In this document: positions 24,801-37,148 of the stretch, piece after piece
How the letters are laid out: each line of letters opens with the position of its first letter
How positions within the stretch are numbered: position 1 is the stretch's first letter
Source: Octopus sinensis
Taxonomy: Eukaryota
NCBI RefSeq assembly: GCF_006345805.1
Contig: NC_043019.1
Span: forward strand, 16,367,360-16,431,359
Direction: 5' to 3'
Length of the DNA: 64,000 nt
Made by a program: the position numbers and the translations under genes
Notes under the pieces: model-generated
The model's input: only the letters and a program-made list of their open reading frames with translations
Databases searched by the model: none
Told to the model about the DNA's origin: nothing

Positions 24801-26227
24801 TTAAGAAGTTTGCTTCCCAACCACATAATTGGTACCTTGGACAAGTTTTTCTACTAAAGCCCCTGATCAGCCAAAGCCTTGTGTGCATCCTTGTCTTGAC
24901 ATCATAGAAGAGTTGTAACTGATTGTCACTGTCATATTGGCAATGTCCTTCATTTCCAATATTCTGCAAGAACATCTCTGGCCAGGGAGCAATATTACTT
25001 TGACTGGAAACAGGTGAGGGTTTATGACAGGAAGGGCATCAGGCTGGAGAAAATCTGCCCTCAATAGACTCTGTCTGACTCATGCCAGCATGGAAAAGTG
25101 GACATTAAAATGATGATGATGATGATGTTCCATACACACATACATCACTTATTGACAGTCATTGCTCTCTTTCTCTCTTCCAGTGCTCCTTCCTCTCACT
25201 CTTCCCCTCTCATATCACTTATGCTGTTTCTAGTGAACCTCCTTACCAACAACCCTCATACAACAATCAGTCTCTCTCTCTCTCTCTTTACTCCCTGTTC
25301 GATCACCCTCTCATTCTTTCATCACTCTCTCTACTGTGACTACCTTCAAGTACAAATGAACAAACTGGGGAGAATGTGGAGTAGAGAGGACTCTTCGGTG
25401 TTGTCAAGGACAAGACAACCTCTCCAGTGTTGGTGCCATGGTAACATGGAACCAGGACTCTGTTAGGAAGGATGACAAATGGAGCATGTGAGTGAGATCT
25501 GATCCCCACTGCATTTCAGCATGGGACAGTGAATGATGGTGAGGATGATACATATGTGTGTATTTAGAGAGGACTCTGTGTGTGTGTTTGTATGTGCATG
25601 CACGCGCGTGTGTGTGTGTGCGCGTGCGTGCATCTGGTTTTATAAAAAGCACCTGTGCTGGTGCCACTCTGTAAAGGGGATTAGCATTAGGGAGGGAATC
25701 CAACTGTAGAAACCATGCCAAGACAGACTGTGGCTCTCTGGTTTGCCAGATCTGATCAAACCATCCAACCCATGCCAGCATGGAAAACAGATATTATAAT
25801 GATGATGATGATGATGATATTTCATCATCCTCATTTTAATTTCCACTTTTCAATGCTTTTATGGGTCAGATGAAATTCTTTGAGGTAGATTCTCTATGGT
25901 TGGACACCCTTCATGTTGCCAACCTTTTCTTGTTTCCGATGAAGGGAAGACTTTTTCATGGTGGGTTTAGGTTTCCATGGAAAATTAGAAATGAAAGAAA
26001 ATGCTTGTGTGCTAGTGAGGCTTATTTACAAATTATCACACAATGTCAAGACAAGAGCGGACACCCACACACACATGATGGGCTTCTTTTAGTTTCCTTC
26101 TTCCACATCCATTCACGGGACTTTGGTCAACCAGGTACTAACATAGAAGACATTTGCCCAAGGTGCCACACTGTAGGACTGAACTCAGAACCCCTAGTCT
26201 GCTGTAATAACATGCATTACACCACAT

Positions 26228-26473
26228 CAGTGGTTCTCCCGGGGTCCGCATGACCCTTAGAGGTCCATAGAAGGTTCTATTGTTAAAATTCATCTGCAAA
26301 AAATCGCTTATAATTCTGCAATAGACAGAATATTTTCACAATTTTTTTATACAATCCCTAATAATATAAAATGTGAAGGGTTTTTTTTTAATATTGAATG
26401 GTTTTGAGGGTCCACCCAAATAAAATAAGAATTAAGGAGAATCCATAGGTAAAAAAATGGTTAAGAAGCACTG
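26228..26473. mobile_element. hAT-like MITE
   Basis: TIR CAGTGGTTCT...AGAAGCACTG; degenerate 8-bp flanks CACCACAT / CACTTCAT. Confidence 0.6.
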
Positions 26474-26685
26474 CACTTCATCAACTCTATGTATTGTCAT
26501 TGTGCCACATGTCATTGTGCCACATGTCATTGGTGTGAAATAGTAAAGCTGGCCCAGGTTCAAAATTGATTACAACCCAGAGAGTATCAATAATCAGTAA
26601 AGGAATCGGTAAATGGTGAATCAGACATTGGCACAATCAGGTGAAGGATACAACAAACGTCTCTGAGTTTGCTGTGATGCAACAC

Positions 26686-26850
26686 TGCCAATACACACAC
26701 ACATGCACACCGCTCACACATGCACACACACACTAATACACACTGACAGACAGACACACTGCCAATACACACACACATGCACACCGCTCACACATGCACA
26801 CACACACTAATACACACTGACAGACAGACACACTGCCAATACACACACAT
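26686..26850. repeat. Tandem duplication of a ~74-bp CA-rich unit
   Basis: CACTGCCAATACACACACACATGCACACCGCTCACAC... occurs twice, plus a partial third copy. Confidence 0.8.
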
Positions 26851-27018
26851 ACCACTCTCACACACATACACATACAACTCTCTCTCTCTCTCTCACACAC
26901 ACACACTGACATACACATACCACTCTCTCTCTCTCACACACACACACACAGAGTTTTGGTGTCCTTTGTACTTTGTTGCTGCTGTCGTGAATTATTACAT
27001 TCTAATATGAGATTTCCG

Positions 27019-27066
<48 letters not shown>

Positions 27067-27971
27067 TTTCTAAATCTGATGCTCTCTCATTCTTAGCAGT
27101 TTCTTCTCTCTTATTGCTTCTTTCTCTTCACTTCTACACACACACACACACCAAGGATTCACTCCATTACATGCTACCCCCTACTCCAAAGATTGTCACT
27201 TTGCAAACCCCTTCTTTCCCTCGGTTCTATGGTCCTTCACTACTGTTGGACCCAGTTTTCTTTTTAATCTAACTTCATGAGCCACCATCACCTCTGGCCA
27301 AACCAATGCTGGGGGAGCTTCTGTGATAGACCTGTTGGAAATAGCAGCCAAATCTCTCTAAAATCACACCTTACCATTATAAAAAAAAAAAAAGGAGAAT
27401 TTACATTGTGTTGTCTTGGGTGCAATGTGAGGTGAGAAATCAGGATGGTCATGGCTGAGATGTCTCTGACTATAAGTTGTTCAATCAGAGCTGACCTGCA
27501 ACTAAACAACAACAAAATCAGAAGGTTGTGGGGAATCCAAAGACAACCAGGAAACTAAAATATTTATTGGAGTAAAGATCATTTGCCAACATAACCTGGC
27601 AGTCCTGGTCTCCTGGGGCTAAATTACAGCAACATTCGTCCTAAACCAGGACTGCCATGTTATGTTGGCAAACAATCTTTACTCCAAAGTACTGTTGCTG
27701 AATATCTCTCGTTGTGAGATTTACAAATAAAATATATATCTTTACAGCTGTCACATGGTAGAAAAGCTGCAGCACCCACACACATCCATATTTATATATA
27801 TATGTATGTATGAATGACAGGCTTCTTTCTGTTTCCGTTTATCAAATCCACTCATAAGACTTTGTGCTTATATGTCAATCTGTTCACAATTACAACCAGT
27901 TATTTTGGTTATTTATAATAATTACATGTAATTTATAATTGATTATTCTTCGTTATTTTTGCAACCCCCAG

Positions 27972-28143
27972 GCGTCTCTTCACTTGACCAGTTTGCTACC
28001 TTCGATGAAAAGAAGCATAAAAGTTTCCAAGTGCTCTCCACACTGGAACTGGGGAAGATCCGAAGGGCCATTAACCTGCTGCAAGGTGAGAAACAACTGC
28101 AGGAGTGGTTACACACTCGGGGACTCCTTAACTACTTTTCCAG
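27972..28143 (+). CDS. AREL1: Exon 2: rest of SAM-like repeat 1 and start of SAM-like repeat 2
   Basis: CCCCCAG| acceptor, |GTGAGT donor; reads GVSSLDQF...KIRRAINLL..QLQEWLHTRGLLNYFS; phases 1 and 2 fit the neighbouring exons. Confidence 0.8.
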
Positions 28144-28741
28144 GTGAGTTGATTGCACTTTCCTAACACAGTAAGTTGAACAAATTAGTAGAGTCGTTAA
28201 CACAGTGCCTAAAATGCTTTGCCAAATTTGTTTGGACCTTCTGCTCTCTGCAGTATTTGCTTGGGGCCCTCTGCCCCCAGATCAAGTCCTGTTGAAATCA
28301 GTTTTGTCTTTTACTCTTCTGAACTCAGCAAATAAAGTACCTGTGAAATATTGGCTTCCATTCTTCTCTCCCCCTCCCTCTCCCTTCTTCTCCTTTATTT
28401 TCTCATCTACCTCTCTTTCCTTCCCCCTCTTGCTGTATTTCCTCTCACTCTCTTCATTACTTGCCCCCCCCCTTTGTGTTAGAACCTACCACCACCACCA
28501 CCACCACCACCACTCCTACTATTACGGCAGTCGATTGACAGGATTGTTTGTGTCAGACAAAAAAAAGCTTTCCACTGTTTGTTCCAGATCTTTACAGTCC
28601 GAGTTCAAATCCTGCTGACGTCATCTTTACCTTTCATTTTTCTGCGGTTCATTAAATAAATTACCAGTCAAATACCGAGATCAATATAATCAATTGTTCT
28701 CCTTCTTCCAGATTCCTGGCTTTGTGTCTATATTAGAAATT

Positions 28742-28782
<41 letters not shown>

Positions 28783-28936
28783 GTAGATATACTGGTGTAT
28801 TTCAAATTGTTTCTTTAACAACAAAACTTCATTTTCTCAGTGTTCTGCTAAATGCACTGCTGAACCCCTTTAACCAGCCTAACAGATGACTTGCTCAATG
28901 TTAGCTTGTCTTTCTTCCAAAATCTGTACTCCTATA

Positions 28937-29312
28937 GGTGCAGGAGTGGCTGTGTGGTAAGTAGCTTGCTTACGAACCACGTGGTTCCGGGTTCAGTCCC
29001 ACTGCATGGCAACTTGGGCAAGTGTCTTCTACTATAACCTTGGGCCGACCAAAGCTTTGTGAGTGGATTTGGTAGACGGAAACTGAAAGAAGCCTGTCGT
29101 ATATAAGTATGTGTTTGTGTTTGTCCCCCCAACATTGCTTGACAACCGATGCTGGTGTGTTTACGTCCCTGTAACTTAGCGGTTCGGCAAAAGAGACCGA
29201 TAGAATAAGTACTATGCTTACAAAGAATAAGTCCTGGGGTCGATTTGCTCAAGTAAAGGCGGTGCTCCAGCATGGCCACAGTCAAATGACTGAAACAAGT
29301 AAAAGAGTAAAA
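28937..29312 (+). mobile_element. Full-length SINE family B in intron 2
   Basis: Head GGTGCAGGAGTGGCTGTGTGG through tail CCAGCATGGCCACAGTCAAATGACTGAAACAAG. Confidence 0.9.
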
Positions 29313-29403
29313 GAATCGTGTTTGAAACCACTGCCATCATTGTCGTCATCGTCAGTAACCTCGTTAGCATTATTATTATTAATATCTCTCCCCTCTTTTA
29401 CAG

Positions 29404-29588
29404 TTTGAAAGCCCTGTCTGTCGAGAATCTCACCCACCTGAACCAATTAACAGATGAACACCTGCGCATGATCACGCAACATGATCGCAGTCAAAAAGAT
29501 TATTTAACTTTTAAGAAAGCACTTGCTGACCTCAGGTCTAAGGAGAAGAAAGAACTTGGAAGTATTTACCGTTATTGGGTTGTTTTCG
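29404..29588 (+). CDS. AREL1: Exon 3: SAM-like repeat 2 and start of the hydrophobic segment
   Basis: TTTTACAG| acceptor, G|GTAAGA donor; reads SLKALSVENLTHLNQLTDEHLRMI...FKKALADL...YRYWVVF; phases 2 and 1. Confidence 0.82.
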
Positions 29589-30546
29589 GTAAGAACAACT
29601 GCTGTTCTTTTCTGGTTTTGTTTTCATATCTGAACCCTAAAATCTGTAATACTCTGGGGGAAGATTGAAATGACTGCAGCGTATAGGGGTAGGCATAGCT
29701 GTGTCAGGGTCAGAAATTAATTCCCCAGCTGTGTGATTTCAGGTTCAGTTCCATTGTATGGCACCGTGGACAATGTTACTTTTACTATGGTACCTGGCTA
29801 ACCAATGTATTCACTGGATTAGGTAGGTGGAAACTGAAAGAAGCACATCATGTGTGTGTGTGTGTGTGCATGCGTATGTGCTTGCATCTGAGTGTGTGCG
29901 TGCATGCGTGTGTGTGCTTGTGTGTATGTGTGTGTGAGATTGCATGCACGTGCGTGTGTGTGTTTGTGTGAGATTGCATGCACATGTGTGTGTGTGCTTG
30001 CGTGCGTGTCTGTGTCTGTGTGTATGTGTGCATGTGTGTATCTGACTTGACATCCCATGATAGTTGTAAAACAAATGCTACAGTCATACAAGCAGTGTCC
30101 TTCATTTCCAGTCTTCCATGTCTGGCCATTGGGTGTGGGGGACATTACCTTGCTTGAAAACATGTGAGGGTTGATGACAGGAAAGGCATCCAGGCATAGA
30201 AAATCTGCTGCAAGGAATTCCATCTGACCCATACCAGCATGAAAATGTGGACGTTAAAGCAACAAAATTTGGAAAGAAATTCATTAGCTGCTCTCACTAT
30301 TTTCATATTCTAAACCAAACACGTGGCGTGCCCTGGTGGCCAGTTATTTTAAGGGAGATAATCATTTCTAGATAAATCTCAGTCAGGTCAGATGTTTGAC
30401 CTCTAAATCAAAGAGCAAGGAAAGTTAAGCACAGAATATGTTTGCTCATGCTTTTGCTTCGTGTTTTTCCATTCATTAGAAAGATCTTTAAAATTCTTCT
30501 CGCAGGCAACCCTATTCTAAACCCTTATTGCTCCTTGTCCTTTCAG

Positions 30547-30749
30547 TTTGGTTGATGTTCTCAGCTATTGTGGGCCTTGCTATGATGTCATTGTATGGAA
30601 CAGTGACCTGGTTTCAGACCACGCCAAACAGCAAGACAAGATTTCTGGACTTCTTCATCGGCAAGTATCCAGCGCCTCAGTCTTGCAGAGTCATTTGGGA
30701 TTGGACAGAGCCACAGTTTGTTGGCAAAACAATGACCTTTACTGTGAAG
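30547..30749 (+). CDS. AREL1: Exon 4: TM segment and start of the AREL1-homologous region
   Basis: VWLMFSAIVGLAMMSLYG...GKYPAPQSCRVIWDWTEPQFVGKTMTFTVK resembles human GNYLDPRSCKVSWDWKDPYEVGHSMAFRV; AAG|GTAAGG donor. Confidence 0.92.
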
Positions 30750-32210
30750 GTAAGGACGAGTGTGAGTGGGTTTGTTATCAATGAAAACTGTTTCCACATC
30801 ACCACCACCACCCTCTGCAAGAAATACTGCACCACATGACAACAACCAACACCACCATGCTACTACAACCAGCACCTTCCCACACTATTTCCAACACCAC
30901 CATGCTACTACAACCAGAACTACTTCTTTACTGCACCTATCAATACCACAGCCAGGTTGTCTGTTAGGCTGGCTACAGGGGCTTAATTCTTGCAACATTG
31001 TACTGAAGAAAAACAGGATAAAGAAAATTCAAAATGTGTTTGTGTACATGCTTGATAATAATGATGGCGAATAATGATAATAATAATGATAATAATAATA
31101 ATAATAATGATAATAATAATCATCATTTAACATCCGTTTTCCATGCTGGCATGGGTTGGATGGTTTGACTGTAAACTGGTAAGCTGGGGAGCTGCACCAG
31201 GTTCCAATCTGATTTGGCAAGGTTTCTACGACTGGTTGTCATAGAAACCATCCCAAATAATAATAATAATGATAATCCTTTCTACTTTAGGCACAAGGCC
31301 TGATATTTGAGGGGAGGGAACTTCTCAATTATATTGACACCCATGTGGAAGGGCATCCAGTTGTAAACAAACATTGCCCAAAAAATTGACTTTGCTTGTG
31401 CTGGTGCCATTAAAAAAAAAAGAAACCATTCAGTCCACTCTGCTGGGTGGTTGGTGTTAAGAAGGGTATCCAGCTGTAAAATCCATGCCAGAACATACAC
31501 CAAAGCCTGGTGCAGTCCTCTGTCTTGCCAGCATGGAAAACGGATGTTAAATGATGATGATGATGATGATGATGGTAGTGATGATTTCTAACAGAAGCAC
31601 AAGTTCAAACCCTTTGGAGGTGATTGCAGTATCTGACTGGTATTTATTTTTAACAAACCTTGAGAAACATAAAAAGAATTTTGACAAAGACTATTGTGGT
31701 GATCCTACATCTCAGCCTTGTTGTCATCCTGTGCAAGTGTACTTTGTCGTTTAAGGATGCAGTGTCAAGTTGCTTAGCATGAACTGACTGTTTTCAGTTT
31801 AGCATTTGAATATACACCCAGTTTGAGCAAATTTTGTCTGGAATATTTTTTTTTTGTTTTTCAGCAATGCAGAGTCGCATCATTTTCTGTCATTTACACA
31901 GAGGCTTACAGGTAAACGGCAGCAAATGATGTGACTTCTGCACAGCTGAAAAAAAACAACTAATCCTGAAATATTCGTGGAACCAGGAATATTTTTAAAT
32001 GCCAAATCAGAACCAAATAGTAAATATAAACAGGCTAATAAGTTCACAAAACTGAAACAATAGTGTAATGCCCTGAAAACAATAGTGGTGGTGGTGGTGG
32101 TGGTGGTGGTGGTGGCAGTGGCGGCGGTGATGATGATGGTGATGATGATTTCTCTTAATTTTTTTTCTTTTTTCTTATTTTTACAACAACAAAAAATTAC
32201 GCACAAGCAG

Positions 32211-32448
32211 TTTTATCAAAAAAATGGTAAACCTTACCCAGTGTCAAATTACGACAACATTGTTGTTGAAATTTTACACCTTGGTGCCAAGGTGACCACA
32301 ACAATTGATTTTGGCAGTGAAGAACCAGAAAAGTCAAATGAGGCGAGGGTGTCGTTCACAGTTCACCGTTCCGGAGAATACCTCATATCTGTCTTGGTTG
32401 GATTTATGCATATCAAGGGCAGCCCTTTCAAAAAGTCTTTCCAGCCAG
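32211..32448 (+). CDS. AREL1: Exon 5: filamin/Ig-like repeat
   Basis: FYQKNGKPYP...RVSFTVHRSGEYLISV..GFMHIKGSPFKKSFQPG; tandem AAGCAG acceptor; G|GTAAGT donor. Confidence 0.92.
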
Positions 32449-34173
32449 GTAAGTAGTTTGTGTATGTATGCATGTGTGTATCCATGTGTGTGTTCAATTC
32501 AGGTATGTGATGTTGATAAGCCACAAAAGTGGAAAATTATTGATTTCCATTGCTCTTGAATGGGGTTATGGGCAGGTTGTTTCACCTTTCTGTGACTTTC
32601 AGGTATTTTAACACCCAGTACTGTGCTTAAACCACAGCGTACCTGAGAACAATCAAAACACATCCATAGAGTATGTGCGGTCAATAATGTTTATAACACT
32701 AGCACTGCTTCTAATTCATAATTGAAAATATGTCTATAAAACATAATATACACACACGTGCGCGCGCGTGTGTGTGAGTTAGGAGGCACAAGCACTTACA
32801 CCATGGTAACTTCCGCTTACCATATTCAGTCACAAGGCTTCACAAGGATATAGCAGAAGACACTTGCCCAAGGTGTCATGTAGTGGGACTGAACCCAGAA
32901 CCATGTGGCTGGGAAGCAAGCTCCCTAACCACATAGTCATGCATATGGGATATATATATGAGGGGCTTCTTACAGTTTCCACCTTCTAAATCACTACACC
33001 AGGCTTTGGTTAGTCCAAACTGTAGCAGAAGATACTTGCCCAAGGTGCCACACAGTGGGACTGAACCCGGAACCATGCAGTCAGGAAGCAGACTTTTTAG
33101 CCACACAATCTTGCCTGCCTCTTCTGGACAAATTTGTGCAGATGACAAGATTTGGAAGGAGACAATTGGATACAGCTGTTTGAATGTTGGTCGTTTGGTG
33201 CAGCTGACTGGGGATTGAACCTGTGTTGGCAACAGTACTTTTTAGCTCTGGAGGCAAACACACGTGAGCACACATGTATGCACAGAAATATACAGAGAGA
33301 GAGAGAGAGAGAGAATTCAATTTGTTAACTGAACACTATTGACGTAAAGCTTTTCCTTCTCCTCAGACGCATAAAGAGAAATATTGTGCTACACATAAAT
33401 AGAGAGAAAGAGGGAAAGAATGAGAGAAACATCTGAGGCCAAATAAGTCAGCATCAACTTGGCAATGCCAAACAGGCGGCACTGGAATATCTGTGGCCAA
33501 AAAAGTCTCATACCTGACAAGACGTGAACCACTAAGTCAGTTGGTTGTTACCTGACACTTTGTCCACAGGGCTATTTATGATTTCGTACTGCATTACTTT
33601 CCACTCAATGTGGTTGCTTGATCTACTGGAAATAGTAGCCAAATGTCCCTCATGTTGCATCTTACCATCTTAAAAAATGGAAAGACATATTGGCTATTAG
33701 GGTCCAAAATAAACTATGACTGGAAGCAACAAGAAGTAGAATGGGATGTTTGTGAGTGGAACACTTGATCGGGGGTGGTGGTGGGGGGATAACCTGTGAC
33801 CAGACAACTGCCAACGCCATAAAGGGTCCATTCAGGGATCCTCTATGTGGCTGTTTTATCTGCTAGTAATAGCAGTTAACTCTTCCAATTCACATCTTTA
33901 CAGAAACGGAAGGAAACATTGGATATTGTAGCTCTAGATACACTAATGTCTGAAAATAGACGGCAGGGTGGTCACATGTGGAATAACATTTGATGACAGG
34001 TCTGCTTGATTGATAAGGACAGACTTAGAGTTATGCAACAACAACAACATCTCAGATTTTATTGAATTTACATTTATTTTTTAATATTTTTTGTCTTCAT
34101 TTTTTTATATTTTCCCTTTCCCTGCTCCTCTTCCTCCTCTCCTGTCTACTCCCTTCTCTTTGGTTTATTCCAG

Positions 34174-34337
34174 GGGCCATTGATGCCACAAAGACCAAAT
34201 TCATGAATTACAGTTCAACAGTGGTATGCACTGTTGGTACCTCCCACCCCTTAACCATTGAGACCCGAGATATGTTTGGTAATTTGACCCCTTACAAAGC
34301 GGACCACCAAAACTACTTTAAAATAAGAGTAAGAGAG
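34174..34337 (+). CDS. AREL1: Exon 6
   Basis: GAIDATKTKFMNYSSTVVCTVGTSHPLTIETRDMFGN..YFKIRVRE; canonical splice sites. Confidence 0.9.
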
Positions 34338-34735
34338 GTAAGAAAAAAAATTTGATTTTTTAAAAAAAAACCCCCAAAATTGAATGTCTGTAAGATACTT
34401 GGTCTGTTGGAGGGGTCATGTGTGGACCTGATTTCCCTACCACTTCTCACAGTCTCCCCACTGTGTTTCATCTTCACCCCACAAAACAGAAATCTTTTAT
34501 CTTTTACTTGTTTCAGGCATTAGACTGTGGCCATACTGGGGCAACACTTTGAAACATGTTTAGTCAAACGAAGCGACTCCACGACTTTTTTTTTTCCCTT
34601 TTAAGCCTGGTGCTTATTCTATCAGTCTCTTCTGCTGAACCACTAAGTTGTGGGGATGGAAACACACCAACATCAATTGTCAAATTATGGTAGGGAACAC
34701 GCACATATGTGCATATATATATGTATGTATATACA

Positions 34736-34825
<90 letters not shown>

Positions 34826-34914
34826 ATATATATATAATAATAAATATTAGGGAATAAATTCAAACTTACAGGGAAAAATCAGATTTAGGATTGAATCCAA
34901 TTTTATAGTAAAAT

Positions 34915-35247
34915 TATTATATTAAATTAGAGATAAAACCACTATTAGGCAAATCATACAATGAAAAACTTAAGCCAATACATAAGATTATTTAATTTAT
35001 ATTATTTAAATATATAACAAAATTATTAAAAAAATATAATTAATATAACACTACGATGAATGACTGTAACTCGAAAATTTAAAGAAATTAACAGCCATGA
35101 AACGATCGTAGTGTTATATTAATTATATTTTTTTAATAATTTTGTTATATATTTAAATAATATAAATTAAATAATCTTATGTATTGGCTTAAGTTTTTCA
35201 TTGTATGATTTGCCTAATAGTGGTTTTATCTCTAATTTAATATAATA
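34915..35247. repeat. Perfect inverted repeat: two 143-bp arms (34915-35057, 35105-35247) with a 47-bp spacer
   Basis: Read base by base, the arms are exact reverse complements, including the A7/T7 run. Confidence 0.9.
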
Positions 35248-35604
35248 TATATACATACATTTGGCGAAAAATGCGAGTGAAGATGTGTACGTTTTCATAG
35301 TGATGTATGCATACGCACATGGGTGCACGAGTGCACATGTGTACGTATGAACAGGCACGCTTACACGTTTACTATGAACTTTTAACCTTATCTTAATTAG
35401 CAGCCTTTCGAATTAGCACTTTTGTACAAGTAGCGGTCTATAACACAGTAATTTCCCTTTGTATAACGGTTTTTTTTCATAGCGTTTTTCAGATGGCCAG
35501 ATAACCGAAGAGATGGTGGTGTGGATTTCCACCTTGGCAGACAAATTCCTCTATTTACATAATATTGAGGTCTCTTTCTTTCTTTTGTTATCTTACCATT
35601 TTTA

Positions 35605-35642
<38 letters not shown>

Positions 35643-35802
35643 CTGTGGAGCGATTAATGTTAGAAAGGGCATCCAGCCATAGAAACCCATGCCAGAACAG
35701 ACAATAGGAACCTGGTGTGGCCCTGGTCTTACCAGTTCCAATCACACTGTACAACCCATGACAGCATGGAAAATGGGACATTAAATGATGATGATGATGA
35801 TA

Positions 35803-36850
35803 TATATATATATAAAATTCTTTGTCTGTCTGTTCCCTTTGCATTCTCAAATGGCTCCACCGAATCAAATCAAATTTTACAGGGTAATAGTATTAGACCC
35901 CGCGAGTGTCAACATGTAATTTTTATTTTCATTTGGATTAAAACATAACATTTTATCTAAAATAATCTTTCTATAGTCAATTATAGTAAAGAACATTTTA
36001 TACCACCACCACCACAATGTCACATTTTGTATATGAGTGTGTGTGTGTTTGTGCATTCATTATGTATGTTAGGCCTTAGAGAATTAGACACACACACATT
36101 TACACATACATATACATATGCGATGACTGACAAGTATATAATGCATATTGTTTACCCTGAGGTGTGCATGAATGTATGTCTGTGTGTGTCTGTCTTAGTA
36201 TATGTATGTGAGAATGTATGTGTGTGTGTGAGAATGTATGTGTGTGTGTGTGAGTGTATGTGTGATTGTCCAATAACACTGATGTAAACTGGCCATGTTA
36301 AAGAGCTTGACTGGCTGCAACTAATGAAATGGCTGATAAACTCAATCGGGAACTTCTAGATCAGGCTGTTCAATACCCTGTTGAATTTCTGAACACATTC
36401 AAACCCACTGGGATGTCACTGCATAACTTGACACTAAAGCTGGATGCTCCCATTATGTTGCTTTGGAATTTTGACCCACCTTGTCTGTATAATGGAACTT
36501 GCTTGATTGTTTCTTCCATAAGAAAGCTCCAGATCCTACAGGCAACACTCATAACAGGGAGTCACAAAGAGGAAAATGTCTTTATTCCAAAATTTCCTCT
36601 CATACCTACAGATGTTCCATTTGGATTTAAGAGGCTTCAGTTTCCAGTCAAACTAAGTTTTGTTATTTCATTTAACAAATCTCAGGGTCAGTCCCTCAAG
36701 GTGGTTGGTCATCATCTCTCTACTAGATGCTTCTCCCACGGCCAACTCTATGTTGACTGCTCATGAGTTGGAAGCAGCGACAGTTTATTCATTCAGACAC
36801 CAACAAAAAATCACACAATGAATATTGTTTACCCTGGGGTGCTTCAAGAT
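35803..36850 (+). mobile_element. Helitron remnant: 5'-end sequence plus degenerate PIF1-like helicase C-terminus
   Basis: ATAAAATTCTTTGTCTGTCTG..CATTCTCAAA matches the 8364 end. ORF 36329-36766 reads FLNTFKPTG..LKLDAPIMLL..RLQFPVKLSFVISFNKSQGQSL..CFSHGQLYV. The expected SRV motif reads S*V. Confidence 0.88.
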
Positions 36851-36979
36851 TCACAGAGTCTCAGTTCTAAATTCCATTATCATTACAATCTGGATATTGT
36901 TTTTACACAGGCTTGTGTTTATCACTTTCTCTCTCCCCATCTTTCATGCTCTCTCTCTCATTTCCTTTGATCTCCACAG

Positions 36980-37148
36980 ACTGGCACAAATTGCCGACAT
37001 AATCCTGTGACACAAATCTTCTATGACACAACCAGTAAACGGTTGACCATGCACATCTGTATGGAGAAAGGAGGTAGCTTCCAGGCTGTTGTCACCTACG
37101 GAGATGTCAAGTTGAAGAATGGTGAATTCAACATACTTGTACTGAACT
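36980..37148 (+). CDS. AREL1: Exon 7
   Basis: TGTNCRHNPVTQIF...GSFQAVVTYGDVKLKNGEFNILVLN; CCACAG| acceptor; T|GTAAGT donor. Confidence 0.9.
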
